Shown one piece after another: positions 10,471 through 21,122 of a DNA stretch of 32,000 bases (positions within the stretch are counted from its first letter, which is position 1; each line of letters starts with the position of its first letter). The stretch comes from Methylorubrum extorquens (GTDB lineage: Bacteria; Pseudomonadota; Alphaproteobacteria; Rhizobiales; Beijerinckiaceae): contig LT962688.1 in assembly GCA_900234795.1 (NCBI GenBank), positions 840,001 through 872,000 on the forward strand, in the 5' to 3' direction. Made by a program: the position numbers and the translations under genes. The notes beneath the pieces were generated by a model. The model searched no databases, was not told the origin of the DNA, and saw only the letters and a list, made by a program, of their open reading frames with translations.

Positions 10471-10940
10471 GCGCGGGCCTCCTTGAGGGCGGCGTCGAGG
10501 GATTCGGCGGAGAGGCGAGCGAGCGGCTCGTCATCGACCAGGGCGGCGGGCGCGTTGGCGCAGAGGCCGAGGCAGTAGACCGGCTCGACGGTCACGCCGT
10601 CGGCGCTGGTGCCGTGCCAGTCGCAGCCCATCCGCGAGAGGATCTCGCCGTGCAGCCGGTCGGAGCCCATCGCCTGGCAGGCCTCGGCCCGGCACAACTT
10701 GACATGGTGGCGGCCGGCCGGCGGCTCGCGCCGGAAGTCGTGGTAGAAGGTCAGGCAGCCATGGACCTCGGCGCGCGACAGGTTCAGCGCGTCGGCGATC
10801 ATCGGCACTGCCTGCGCGTCGACGTAGCCGAACGCCTCCTGCAGAGCATGCAATATAGGGAGAGTCGCGCCCTCCAGGGATTGCAGCCCAGCGACGATTG
10901 CAGCCGCGCGGGTCGCGTTCCAAGGCTCGGGACTGACCAT
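10467..10940 (-). CDS. fdsG: NAD-dependent formate dehydrogenase gamma (NuoE-like 2Fe-2S) subunit
   Basis: CRAEACQAMG and CLGLCANAPAALVDDE are NuoE-type 2Fe-2S ligand motifs. ATG at 10940 is preferred because of the RBS in GGCAGGAAACGATG. The track ORF starts at TTG 10982. Confidence 0.9.
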   Translation of the reverse strand: MVSPEPWNATRAAAIVAGLQSLEGATLPILHALQEAFGYVDAQAVPMIADALNLSRAEVHGCLTFYHDFRREPPAGRHHVKLCRAEACQAMGSDRLHGEILSRMGCDWHGTSADGVTVEPVYCLGLCANAPAALVDDEPLARLSAESLDAALKEARA

Positions 10941-11431
10941 CGTTTCCTGCCCAACTTGGTTTTGTTCTAAGGCCGGATCCAAACAGGGCCGGCACTAAAG
11001 TTCAATCAAGCAGTCTCGTGGTTTGACAAAAATCTTCGATCAAAACAGGTCAGTTGCAGTGCATCATCCGCTCAACGGCGGTTCAAACTTTTTTTGAAAC
11101 GGCGAAAAATTTTCTTCGAGCCCATCGAGTTAGAGGTGCTCGGAACAACGTAAAGCAGCATTTCCGCGATCGTCGCGGACGTGAGATGAGGGATGCTTCG
11201 GACCCTCGCTGCCGTCTCGGGCACGCGGCCCGTGTCTGTGCGTCGATGGGGTGTCCATCGCCTCGGCAGCACGCGGCGACGATCGCCGAGGTCTGTAGCG
11301 CCGCCTGCGATGACGGCGCGGCATGGTTTGCGGACGGAAGCCGGCGCGGTCCTCCTATGCGCTTGAAGCGCCTCGCAGCGATGCCGACCGAGACCGGCAG
11401 ACCCGGCCTCGGCCCGTCCAACGCAATCGGT

Positions 11432-13474
<2,043 letters not shown>

Positions 13475-13580
13475 GGCATCGGCGCGAAGGCGATCCGTTC
13501 CAATGCCGAGAAAAGGCTCATCGACACATGTTAATGGCCGCGCTTCCGTTCCCGAGGCCCGTCCGGAACGGTGAAGAACC

Positions 13581-14798
13581 TCAGCTCTCGATGGCGGCGT
13601 AGGTCAGCACCCGCAATTCACGGCGCAGGGGCAGGGCGGAGGAGGGGACGAGCTGGGTGAGCAATAGCACCGCCATGTCCTCGTCCGGATCGATCCAGAA
13701 CGACGTGCTCGCCACCCCACCCCAGGACACCTCCCCCGGCGTACCCAGGATCTGGGCGCGGGCCGGATCGAGCATCACCGAAACCCCGAGACCGAAACCG
13801 ATGCCGGCATAGGACGATTCGGCGAAGCGCGGCTGGCCCATCGCGGCGAGATCGCCGGGCAGGTGGTTCATCAACATGAGCTCGACGGTCTTGCGTCCGA
13901 GAAGCCGCACGCCGTCGAGTTCGCCGAGATTCAGGATCATCCGGCAGAAGCGCAGGTAATCGGCGGCCGTGGAGACGAGCCCGCCCCCGCCCGAGGCCAG
14001 CGGCGGCGGCGCCAGGAAGCGGCTGCCGACGCTGTCGTCGTAGAGGCGCAGCTTGCCCGCGCGGTCGAAGGCGTAGTTCGCCGCAAAGCGCGCCTGCTTC
14101 TCTTCCGGCACGAAGAAGTCGGTGTCGTCCATGCCGAGCGGGTGCAGGATGCGCGCACGCATGAACTCGGCGAAGTCGGTCCCCGACACCACCGCCACGA
14201 GATGGCCGAGCACGTCGGTGGCGACCGAGTAGTTCCACTCCGCCCCCGGCTGGGCCAGGAGCGGTTGCCCCGCGAGCTTGGCCACGAGGTCGCCGAGCAG
14301 CAGCGAAGAGGTCTGGAAGTCGATCTCGTTCTGGCGGTAGAGCGCGTCGACGAGCGTCGCCTCCATGAAGCCGTAGGTCAGGCCGCTGGTATGCGTGAGG
14401 AGGTCGCGGATCGTGATGGCGCGAAGCGCCGGCTCGGTTTCGAGCTTCGCCCGGTTGCCGCCGGTCATCACCCGCATCTCAGCGAATTCGGGCAGGAAGC
14501 GCGCCACCGGATCATCGAGCTGGAAGCGGCCCTCCTCGTAGAGCATCAGCACCGCGAGCGAAGTCAGCGGCTTCGTCATCGAGTAGATGCGGGTGATGGT
14601 GTCGGCGGCGAACGGCCTGTCCCGCGCGAGGTCGGCATGGCCGTGGGCGCGGAAGAAAGCGGTCTGGCCACCCCGCAGCACGCTCACCGAGAGGCCGGCC
14701 AGGCGCCCGCTCTCGACGTAGCCCCGCATCCAGGCGTCGATCCGTTCGAGGCGGTCGGGACAGAGGCCGACATCTCGGGGATCGGTCTCAACCTGCAT
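13581..14798 (-). CDS. serine hydrolase, beta-lactamase/esterase (class C-like) family
   Basis: SxxK motif in IYSMTKPLTS. About 405 aa. ATG 14798 is preceded by GAGGAG. The track ORF begins further upstream at 14846. Confidence 0.85.
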   Translation of the reverse strand: MQVETDPRDVGLCPDRLERIDAWMRGYVESGRLAGLSVSVLRGGQTAFFRAHGHADLARDRPFAADTITRIYSMTKPLTSLAVLMLYEEGRFQLDDPVARFLPEFAEMRVMTGGNRAKLETEPALRAITIRDLLTHTSGLTYGFMEATLVDALYRQNEIDFQTSSLLLGDLVAKLAGQPLLAQPGAEWNYSVATDVLGHLVAVVSGTDFAEFMRARILHPLGMDDTDFFVPEEKQARFAANYAFDRAGKLRLYDDSVGSRFLAPPPLASGGGGLVSTAADYLRFCRMILNLGELDGVRLLGRKTVELMLMNHLPGDLAAMGQPRFAESSYAGIGFGLGVSVMLDPARAQILGTPGEVSWGGVASTSFWIDPDEDMAVLLLTQLVPSSALPLRRELRVLTYAAIES

Positions 14799-14870
14799 GC
14801 GCGGCTCCTCGCGTTCGTGTCCGAGGCCCGTGTAGCGGCCTCGCACCGAGGGGCGCCAGCCCGAAAACCG

Positions 14871-15365
14871 TCACCAGCCCATCGTGCCGGGCCCGCCCTT
14901 GAACGGGCCGACGAGCCCCGGCGTGATCCAGCCGCCATAGAAGCCGCCGGGCTGCGGCTCGACCCGCACGTCGCCGACGAGACAGGCATCCATCGGCCCG
15001 GCATAGAAGGCGACATAGCCGGCGATGGGCTGGAAGCCCGGCGTTGGGTCGGGATAGGCCCAGGCCGCCCCCGGCGCCCGTTCTCCGCCGCCCGTCACGT
15101 CGAACAGCACGGCCCTGCCTTTCCACTCGCAAATTCCGGCCCGGCGCGGAGGTCCGAGCACCCCCTCCGCGATATCCTCGGGCGGGACGTAGTAGGTCGG
15201 CGGGTGGCTCGTCTCCAGCACCCGGAAGCCGGCCGTGGTCGCGGCGATGGTCCGGCCGCCGAGGATGACGGTCAGCCGCTCCGGCACCGGCTCCAGCCGG
15301 GGCGGGCGGGGATAGTCCCAGACGCTTTCCTGCCCTGGGCCGGGGCGGACGGGGATGGGCCGCAC
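14871..15365 (-). CDS. DUF427 domain protein
   Basis: ESVWDYPRPPRLEP...LETSHPPTYYVPPEDI...ICEWKGRAVLFDV...YVAFYAG are typical DUF427 blocks. GTG 15365 is preferred (GGAGG 6 nt upstream). The track ORF starts at TTG 15404. Confidence 0.8.
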   Translation of the reverse strand: MRPIPVRPGPGQESVWDYPRPPRLEPVPERLTVILGGRTIAATTAGFRVLETSHPPTYYVPPEDIAEGVLGPPRRAGICEWKGRAVLFDVTGGGERAPGAAWAYPDPTPGFQPIAGYVAFYAGPMDACLVGDVRVEPQPGGFYGGWITPGLVGPFKGGPGTMGW

Positions 15366-15451
15366 GGGCGCCTCCGTTGATGTCGCATCAGCGGTTTGTC
15401 GCAACCGCCCCTCATGCTAGCGCATGGACAGCCCGAGAGAAGGACGACGCC

Positions 15452-16207
15452 GTGAGCGAGACCGCAGACTACGCCCTGTTCCTCGATTTCGACGGCACCC
15501 TGGTCGAGATCGCCCCGCGCCCCGACGCGGTGCAGGTCGATCCCACCCTCGTACCCGCCTTGGAGCGCCTGCGCGAAAGGCTCGGCGGCGCGCTCGCCAT
15601 CATCACCGGCCGGCCGGTCGGGGTGATCGACGATTTCCTGAGCCCCGCCCGGTTCGACGTGGCCGGGTTGCACGGGGTCGAGCGCCGGGTGGACGGCACC
15701 TTGAGCGGCGGACGGCCGGAGGATCATCCCGATCTGCGCGCGGGCGTCGAGCGGCTGCACGCGGAGACGGCCCGCTACGAATCCGTGTTGATCGAGGACA
15801 AGGGGGCCTCGGTCGCCGTGCATTGGCGACTCGCCACGCCGGGTGACGCGCAGGCGGCCGAGACCATCGTGAAGGCGGTGGCGGCCGATCTCGGCTCCGC
15901 CTACCGGCTTCAGCTCGGCAAGGCGGTCGGCGAGATCGTGCCGGCCGACGCCACCAAGGGCCACGCGATCCGCTCCTTTCTGGAAGCAGCCCCCTATGCC
16001 GGCCGGCGCGCGATCTTCCTCGGCGACGACCGCACCGACGAGATCGCCTTCGCCTCCGTCAACGAGGATGGCGGCATCAGCGTGCGCATCGGCGACGGAG
16101 AGACCGTGGCCGGCCGCCGCATCGCCACACCCGCGGATGTGCGCGCGCTGATCACCGCCTGGGCCGAGGGGGCGCCGATCGATCCGGACACGCTGCCCGC
16201 CGCCTGA
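15452..16207 (+). CDS. otsB: trehalose-6-phosphate phosphatase (HAD superfamily)
   Basis: YALFLDFDGTLVEIAPRPDAV is HAD motif I in OtsB context. IITGRP and FLGDDRTDE (motif IV) are also present. GTG 15452 with GAGAGAAGGA upstream is preferred. Alternatives are ATG 15380 and the track start 15377. Confidence 0.8.
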   Translation: MSETADYALFLDFDGTLVEIAPRPDAVQVDPTLVPALERLRERLGGALAIITGRPVGVIDDFLSPARFDVAGLHGVERRVDGTLSGGRPEDHPDLRAGVERLHAETARYESVLIEDKGASVAVHWRLATPGDAQAAETIVKAVAADLGSAYRLQLGKAVGEIVPADATKGHAIRSFLEAAPYAGRRAIFLGDDRTDEIAFASVNEDGGISVRIGDGETVAGRRIATPADVRALITAWAEGAPIDPDTLPAA

Positions 16208-16285
16208 CATCGTTCACGGCTTGCCGAACGGCCGACGCACCCTCTGTTAAGGTCGCGGCAAAGCACCACGAGAGGCCAGAGGCGG

Positions 16286-17287
16286 ATGTTCGAATTCCCG
16301 GTGCTGATCGGCGATATCGGCGGGACCAATGCCCGCTTCGGCCTGATCGAAACGCGGGGGGCGCCGCCCCGTCTCCTCTCGCGCGAGGCGACGCACGGCC
16401 ATCCCGATCCGAGCGCGGCGATCCGGGCCTCCCTGGCGCAGGGCGGCGGGCCCGCGCCGCGCTCGGCGATCCTGGCGATCGCGGGCCGGGTCGATGCGCC
16501 GGCGGTCCAGCTCACCAACGCGGACTGGCTGGTGGACGCCGCCGCGATCGCCCGCGATTTCGGGCTCGCGCGGGTCGCCCTCGTCAACGATTACGTGCCG
16601 GTCGCCGCGGGCGCAGCCGGCATCGCACCCGACGACCTCACGCCGATCGGTCCAAGTCGCGGTGACGCAAGCGGGCCGCGCCTCGTGCTCGGGCCGGGCA
16701 CCGGCTTCGGCGCCGCCGCCCTGATCCCTTACGAGGACCGCCTCGCCATCGTCTCGACGGAGGCCGGCCACACCGATCTCGGGCCGACCGATGCGGAGGA
16801 GTTCGAGATCTGGCCGGCGGTCGAGCGTGTCGAGGGGCGGGTCACGGTGGAGACGCTGCTCTCCGGTCCCGGTCTCGCCCGGATCTGCGCGGCGATCCGC
16901 GCGGTGCGGGCGGGCGGCGACGGTTCGCTGTGCGACCCGGCCGAGATCACCAGCAGCGGCCTCTCGGGCGAGGATCCGCATGCACACGCCGCGCTCGCGC
17001 TGTTCAGCAAGCTGCTGGGCCGGGTATGCGGGGATCTGGCGCTGACCTTCCTTGCCACCGGCGGGGTCTATATCGGCGGCGGCATCGCCCCGCGGATCGT
17101 CTCCGTCCTGCGGGAGGGCGCGTTCCGCGAGGCCTTCGAGCGCAAGGCGCCCTTCGCCGAGCAGATGCGCATCATCCCCACCAGCGTCATCACTGTGAAG
17201 GACCCCGCCTTCAGCGGCCTCGCGGCCCTGGCGAGCGAGAGCGAGCGCTTCGTCTATCACGGGCATGCCTGGACACCGCAGAAGTAA
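16286..17287 (+). CDS. glk: glucokinase
   Basis: MFEFPVLIGDIGGTNARFGLIE is the Glk N-terminal ATP-binding motif. 333 aa. GPGTGFG and GGGIAPRI blocks are present. Confidence 0.9.
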   Translation: MFEFPVLIGDIGGTNARFGLIETRGAPPRLLSREATHGHPDPSAAIRASLAQGGGPAPRSAILAIAGRVDAPAVQLTNADWLVDAAAIARDFGLARVALVNDYVPVAAGAAGIAPDDLTPIGPSRGDASGPRLVLGPGTGFGAAALIPYEDRLAIVSTEAGHTDLGPTDAEEFEIWPAVERVEGRVTVETLLSGPGLARICAAIRAVRAGGDGSLCDPAEITSSGLSGEDPHAHAALALFSKLLGRVCGDLALTFLATGGVYIGGGIAPRIVSVLREGAFREAFERKAPFAEQMRIIPTSVITVKDPAFSGLAALASESERFVYHGHAWTPQK

Positions 17288-17301
17288 GGCGCGGCAGCAC
17301 C

Positions 17302-18849
17302 TCAGGCGATGCGCCGCGCCCCGTCAAAGCCGAGATAGCCGGCGAAGGCCTCCGCCGGCATCGGCTGGCCGAACAGGTAGCCCTGGAGGTGGCGGCAGCC
17401 GAGATGGCTGAGCCAGAGGGCTTGGCCGGGATCTTCCACCCCCTCCGCCACCAATCGCAGGTCGAGGGCGCGGGCGATCTGGACGATCGCGCCGAGGATG
17501 CAGCGGGCCTCGTGCTCCTGCGCCACGTCCACGGTGAGCAGCCGGTCGAGCTTCAGCGTCTGGATCGGCAGCCGGCGAAGATAGCCGATATTGGAGTAGC
17601 CGACCCCGAAATCGTCGAGCGCGATCCGCACGCCGTGGGCGGCGAGCCGCTCCAACTGCACTCGGGCGCGATCGAGATCGTTCAGCAGCACCTCCTCGGT
17701 GATCTCGACAGTCAGCGCCTCGGGAGGGAAGTCGAGTTCGGCGAGAAGCGCGATGACGTCGTCGGCGACCGAGCCGAGCTTGAACTGACTCGGCGAGAGG
17801 TTCACCGACAGGGTGCGGATCGCCCCCGCCCGGACCCAGTCCCGCGCCGGCGGGCAGGCGCGGCGCATCATGCCCGCGAACAGGTCGCGCATCAGTCCGC
17901 GCTCTTCGGCGAGACCGAGGAAGGCAGCCGGGGCGAGGAAGCCGAGTTGCGGATGAACCCATCGCGCCAGCGCCTCGGCCCCAACGGGACGGCGGGTGAC
18001 CCCGTCGACGATCGGCTGGAACCATGGCTCGATCGCGCCGGAGCGGATCGCCGCGCCCAGATCGGCCCCCAGGGCCTGCCGCTCCTCGATCTCCCGGCCC
18101 ATGCGCGGGTCGAACCGGGTCCAAGCGGCGCGGGTCGCCTTCGAGCGGTAGAGGGCGATGTCGGCGAAGCGCTGCAGGTCGCTGCCCGTCGCGGCATCGT
18201 CAGGGAAGACGGCGATGCCGAGCGAGGCGGACGCCTCCAGCATCCGCCCGCGATGGGCGACCGGCCGGCGGATCTCCGCCACCACGGCCTCGCCGAGACG
18301 GGCGAGATCGCTGCGGGGGCCGAGCGGAACGATGGCCGCGAATTCGTCGCCGCCCAGGCGCGCCGTCACCGCACCTTGGCCGACGGTCCCGCTCAGGCGG
18401 CGGGCGACATGCTGGAGGAACACGTCTCCGGCCTCGTGGCCCAGGCTGTCGTTGATCTCCTTGAAACGGTCGAGGTCGAGCAGGAGCAGGGCGAAGCGCT
18501 CGCTGCCCGTCCCGCGGCCCGCACGGCCGACGGCGGCGCCGAGGACGCGGGCGAAGCGGGTGCGGTTGGCCAGGCCGGTGAGCTGGTCGCGCTCGGCCAG
18601 CGCCACGGCGCGCTCGCGCGCCAGGGCCAGTTCGCGCGTGCGTTCATCGACCCGCAGTTCCAAGTCCGCGGCGAAGCGGGAGAGTTGCTGGTTGAGGGCG
18701 TAGAGTTCGCGGGACTTGGCTTCGAGGAGAGACTCGGCCTCGGCGCGGGCGCTCCGCTCGCGGGCGACGCGCCGCTCCAGGCGCCGGATGCGCTCGTCGC
18801 GTTCCGGGCTTGCCGTGACCGTCGGGCCTTCGTCCGGTTCCGGCATCAC
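17302..18849 (-). CDS. coiled-coil GGDEF-EAL protein (diguanylate cyclase/phosphodiesterase, H-NOX-associated type)
   Basis: The N-terminal Arg/Glu-rich helix spans about 90 aa. GGDEF is intact (ARLGGDEFAAIV). EAL-domain motifs are all present: EALARW, DDFGVGYS, LKLDR, AEGVE, QGYLFGQP. Start is GTG 18849 or ATG 18846, 4-7 nt after the H-NOX stop. Confidence 0.9.
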   Translation of the reverse strand: MMPEPDEGPTVTASPERDERIRRLERRVARERSARAEAESLLEAKSRELYALNQQLSRFAADLELRVDERTRELALARERAVALAERDQLTGLANRTRFARVLGAAVGRAGRGTGSERFALLLLDLDRFKEINDSLGHEAGDVFLQHVARRLSGTVGQGAVTARLGGDEFAAIVPLGPRSDLARLGEAVVAEIRRPVAHRGRMLEASASLGIAVFPDDAATGSDLQRFADIALYRSKATRAAWTRFDPRMGREIEERQALGADLGAAIRSGAIEPWFQPIVDGVTRRPVGAEALARWVHPQLGFLAPAAFLGLAEERGLMRDLFAGMMRRACPPARDWVRAGAIRTLSVNLSPSQFKLGSVADDVIALLAELDFPPEALTVEITEEVLLNDLDRARVQLERLAAHGVRIALDDFGVGYSNIGYLRRLPIQTLKLDRLLTVDVAQEHEARCILGAIVQIARALDLRLVAEGVEDPGQALWLSHLGCRHLQGYLFGQPMPAEAFAGYLGFDGARRIA

Positions 18850-18853
18850 GGCG

Positions 18854-19399
18854 TCAGGCCACGTGCTTGATGGAGAAGCGCACGAAGGGGCCGGCCGGGT
18901 GCTCGACCCTCAGCTTGGCGATGGCGACGGGCTGGCGGAAGTGGTCGGCCGCGCCGTGGATCATGCCCTCGGCCAGCGCTTCGAGGGGCCGGCAGCTCTC
19001 GTAATCGAGATCGATCGCATCCGAGCCGTAGCGGGTGAGGCGGAACACCGGCAGTTCGGCGTCGGGGTACAGCTTGTGGACCTCGCGGTGGATGTAGGCG
19101 TCGACGCTTTCCAGGAAGTCGAACAGCGATGTCTGCACCGTGAAGAACTCGGGATAGCGCACCGCGAACCGTCGGCAGAGATGGCGGCCGAACAGCGTCA
19201 GCAAGTCGGGCACGGGCTTGCCGGTGCGGCGCGACAGGGCGGTCACCAGGGCCTGCATCTCGGTATACGGATAGGTCCCGACCGCCGTGTAAGCCCCGCC
19301 GTTCGGGACGTCCGCGTCATCAATGATGTCGTCGGCGACGTCGGAACCGAGCGCCCCGGACACGAAGTCCAGGAACTCCGTAAAAACGACGCCTTTCAT
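18854..19399 (-). CDS. hnoX: H-NOX (heme nitric oxide/oxygen binding) sensor protein
   Basis: 181 aa from ATG 19399 (MKGVVFTEFLDFV...). Candidate proximal His104 lies in DAYIHREV, Pro117 follows, and Y133-x-S-x-R137 (DYESCRP) has the same His-to-Pro (+13) and His-to-Tyr (+29) spacing as characterised H-NOX domains. Confidence 0.85.
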   Translation of the reverse strand: MKGVVFTEFLDFVSGALGSDVADDIIDDADVPNGGAYTAVGTYPYTEMQALVTALSRRTGKPVPDLLTLFGRHLCRRFAVRYPEFFTVQTSLFDFLESVDAYIHREVHKLYPDAELPVFRLTRYGSDAIDLDYESCRPLEALAEGMIHGAADHFRQPVAIAKLRVEHPAGPFVRFSIKHVA

Positions 19400-19664
19400 C
19401 CGAACCCACCGCGCCTGATCTATGATAAGACGCTCGCCCACAGGCGTTACGATTGCATTAAATTTTATACAAAGGCCGGTTGCTGTCAGGCTGGTGTCAT
19501 GGCGCTCGTAGAGCGTGCATCGGGACGCCCGGGGAGCATCGTCGCCCGAAAGCCCCCTGGCATCGCCCGAACGGTCTGTTAACCATGGCAGGCGCTAAGC
19601 TTCCTCGTCCCAGCCGTCTCGTCCCGAGCGGCGCGGGAGCGTGGAGCCGCCCAGAGTTCAGACC

Positions 19665-20561
19665 ATGCGCGCCAAGCCCATCCTTCGCGCCCACCTCCTT
19701 CTCCTCGCCGGGGCGCTCGCCCTTCCGGCCGGGACGCAGGCCGCGCCGCGGGCCCACAGGGCCAAGGCGGCCCCCGCGGGCGTCGCCGTCGATTACAGCG
19801 TCAACCTCGCCGGTATCCCGATCGGCAACGCCCAGCTCACCGGCGCCTTCGAGGGCGCGCGCTACCGCATGGATGTCTCGGCGGTTCTGACGGGCCTCGT
19901 CGGCGCGGTCACCGGCGGCCAGGGCTCGGCCCGCTCCTCGGGCAGCATCGCCGCGGCGCCGCTGCCGAACGCCTTCTCAATCGCCACCCGCACCAGCAGC
20001 TCGGGCATCGCCGTGCGCATGGCGCTGGCTAACGGCAACGTCACCCAGGCCGAGGTGACCCCGCCGCTGCTCGATACCGGCGACCGGGTGCCGGTCACCG
20101 CCGCGGCCAAGCGCGGCGTGATCGATCCGGCGAGCGCCCTGATGATGCCGGCCCGCGCCCGCGCCGACCTCACCGATCCCGAGAACTGCAACCGCACGCT
20201 TCCCGTCTTCGACGGCGCCACCCGCTTCAACGTGGTCCTGAGCTACGGCGAGACCCGGCAGGTGGAAAAGCCCGGCTATAGCGGGCCGGTTCTGGTCTGC
20301 AACGCCCGCTACGTCGCCATCGCCGGCCACCGGCCCGACCGGCCGGGGGTGAAGTTCATGGAAGACAACCGCGACATGTCGGTCTGGCTCGCGCCCGTCG
20401 AGGGAACGCGGGTGCTGGTGCCGCTGCGGATCGCCGTGCGCACCACGCTCGGCACCAACATCATCGAGGCAACCCGCTGGACGCGGACCGGCACCGCGAC
20501 CGCCAGCGGCAGCGAAGCCCAGCCGGGCGCCGTCGCCGATGCGAGCCTGTCTCAGCAGTAG
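19665..20561 (+). CDS. DUF3108-like secreted/periplasmic protein
   Basis: Signal peptide MRAKPILRAHLLLLAGALALPAGTQA. A beta-rich body with YSVNLAGIPIGNAQLTGAFEGARYRMDV resembles DUF3108 proteins. ATG 19665. Confidence 0.6.
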   Translation: MRAKPILRAHLLLLAGALALPAGTQAAPRAHRAKAAPAGVAVDYSVNLAGIPIGNAQLTGAFEGARYRMDVSAVLTGLVGAVTGGQGSARSSGSIAAAPLPNAFSIATRTSSSGIAVRMALANGNVTQAEVTPPLLDTGDRVPVTAAAKRGVIDPASALMMPARARADLTDPENCNRTLPVFDGATRFNVVLSYGETRQVEKPGYSGPVLVCNARYVAIAGHRPDRPGVKFMEDNRDMSVWLAPVEGTRVLVPLRIAVRTTLGTNIIEATRWTRTGTATASGSEAQPGAVADASLSQQ

Positions 20562-20610
20562 TTCTTCGGACCAAGCGTCTCTTCGCCCCGAGAATCGCTG
20601 CCTTACCCTT

Positions 20611-20714
20611 ATCCTGAGGTGCCCGCGTCAGCGGGCCTCGAAGGAATCCTCCAGATCTCGCGCGGTCCCTGGAAGATCCTTCGAGGCCGCCGCGACGCGT
20701 CGGCACCTCAGGAT
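20611..20714. repeat. 104-nt imperfect palindromic (REP/MITE-like) intergenic element
   Basis: Outer arms ATCCTGAGGTGCC (20611-20623) and GGCACCTCAGGAT (20702-20714) are perfect 13-mers. Inner arms CCTCGAAGGA (20636-20645) and TCCTTCGAGG (20677-20686) are perfect 10-mers. Only one copy occurs in the window. Confidence 0.5.
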
Positions 20715-20777
20715 GAGGGGGTCGGACGGGACCGAGCGAAGATCGAAGAAGCTCCGATGCGGTTAGGAGGCTCAACC

Positions 20778-21122
20778 ATGCGTCGGTTCGCAAACGCTTC
20801 GACCCGCAGGAACGCTCTGCGGAGCGTCTGCCTCGTCCTACCGCTCATTGTTTCCGGCGCCGCTCAGGCCGACGGCCCCCTCACGACTGGGCCGGATTGC
20901 GGCCCCGACGCGTTCTCCAGCGCCCAGGTGATCGAGCACCGCGCCCCCCGCCACGGCCCGCTCACGGCGATGCCCGATACCCTCTGCACGGACCTCACGC
21001 CGCAGCAGCCGCAACCCCGGATCGACATCTACGCCTATCCAAGCGTCGGCGCCCCGGCTGGCGGGCAGGGCCCCGGCATCCCATATGAGGGACGGTCGCC
21101 GCGGCTCGCCCCGCACCGCTAG
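20778..21122 (+). CDS. small secreted hypothetical protein
   Basis: AGGAGG lies 8 nt upstream of ATG 20778. Signal peptide MRRFANASTRRNALRSVCLVLPLIVSGAAQA. 114 aa, Pro/Gly-rich. Confidence 0.55.
   Translation: MRRFANASTRRNALRSVCLVLPLIVSGAAQADGPLTTGPDCGPDAFSSAQVIEHRAPRHGPLTAMPDTLCTDLTPQQPQPRIDIYAYPSVGAPAGGQGPGIPYEGRSPRLAPHR

Noticed and set aside
6220-10578. 1452-aa ORF on the + strand spanning the whole fdsA-fdsB-fdsG region
   Set aside because: It is exactly antisense to three genes with unmistakable cofactor motifs. Its translation is a low-complexity Arg/Ala/Gly/Asp/His string with no recognisable domain. Stop-free antisense frames are a known by-product of about 70% GC codon usage.
11020-11100. 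FNR/CRP-type box in the fds upstream region (TTGAC...ATCAA-like words)
   Set aside because: The spacing is TTGAC-N11-ATCAA rather than TTGAT-N4-ATCAA. Only a weak 6-bp palindrome (TTCAAA-N5-TTTGAA) remains, and it is reported as a low-confidence observation.
16930-18870. 646-aa + strand ORF overlapping the glk 3' end and antisense to the GGDEF-EAL gene
   Set aside because: It is an antisense or out-of-frame artefact. GGDEF, EAL, DDFGVGYS and related motifs are all on the minus strand.
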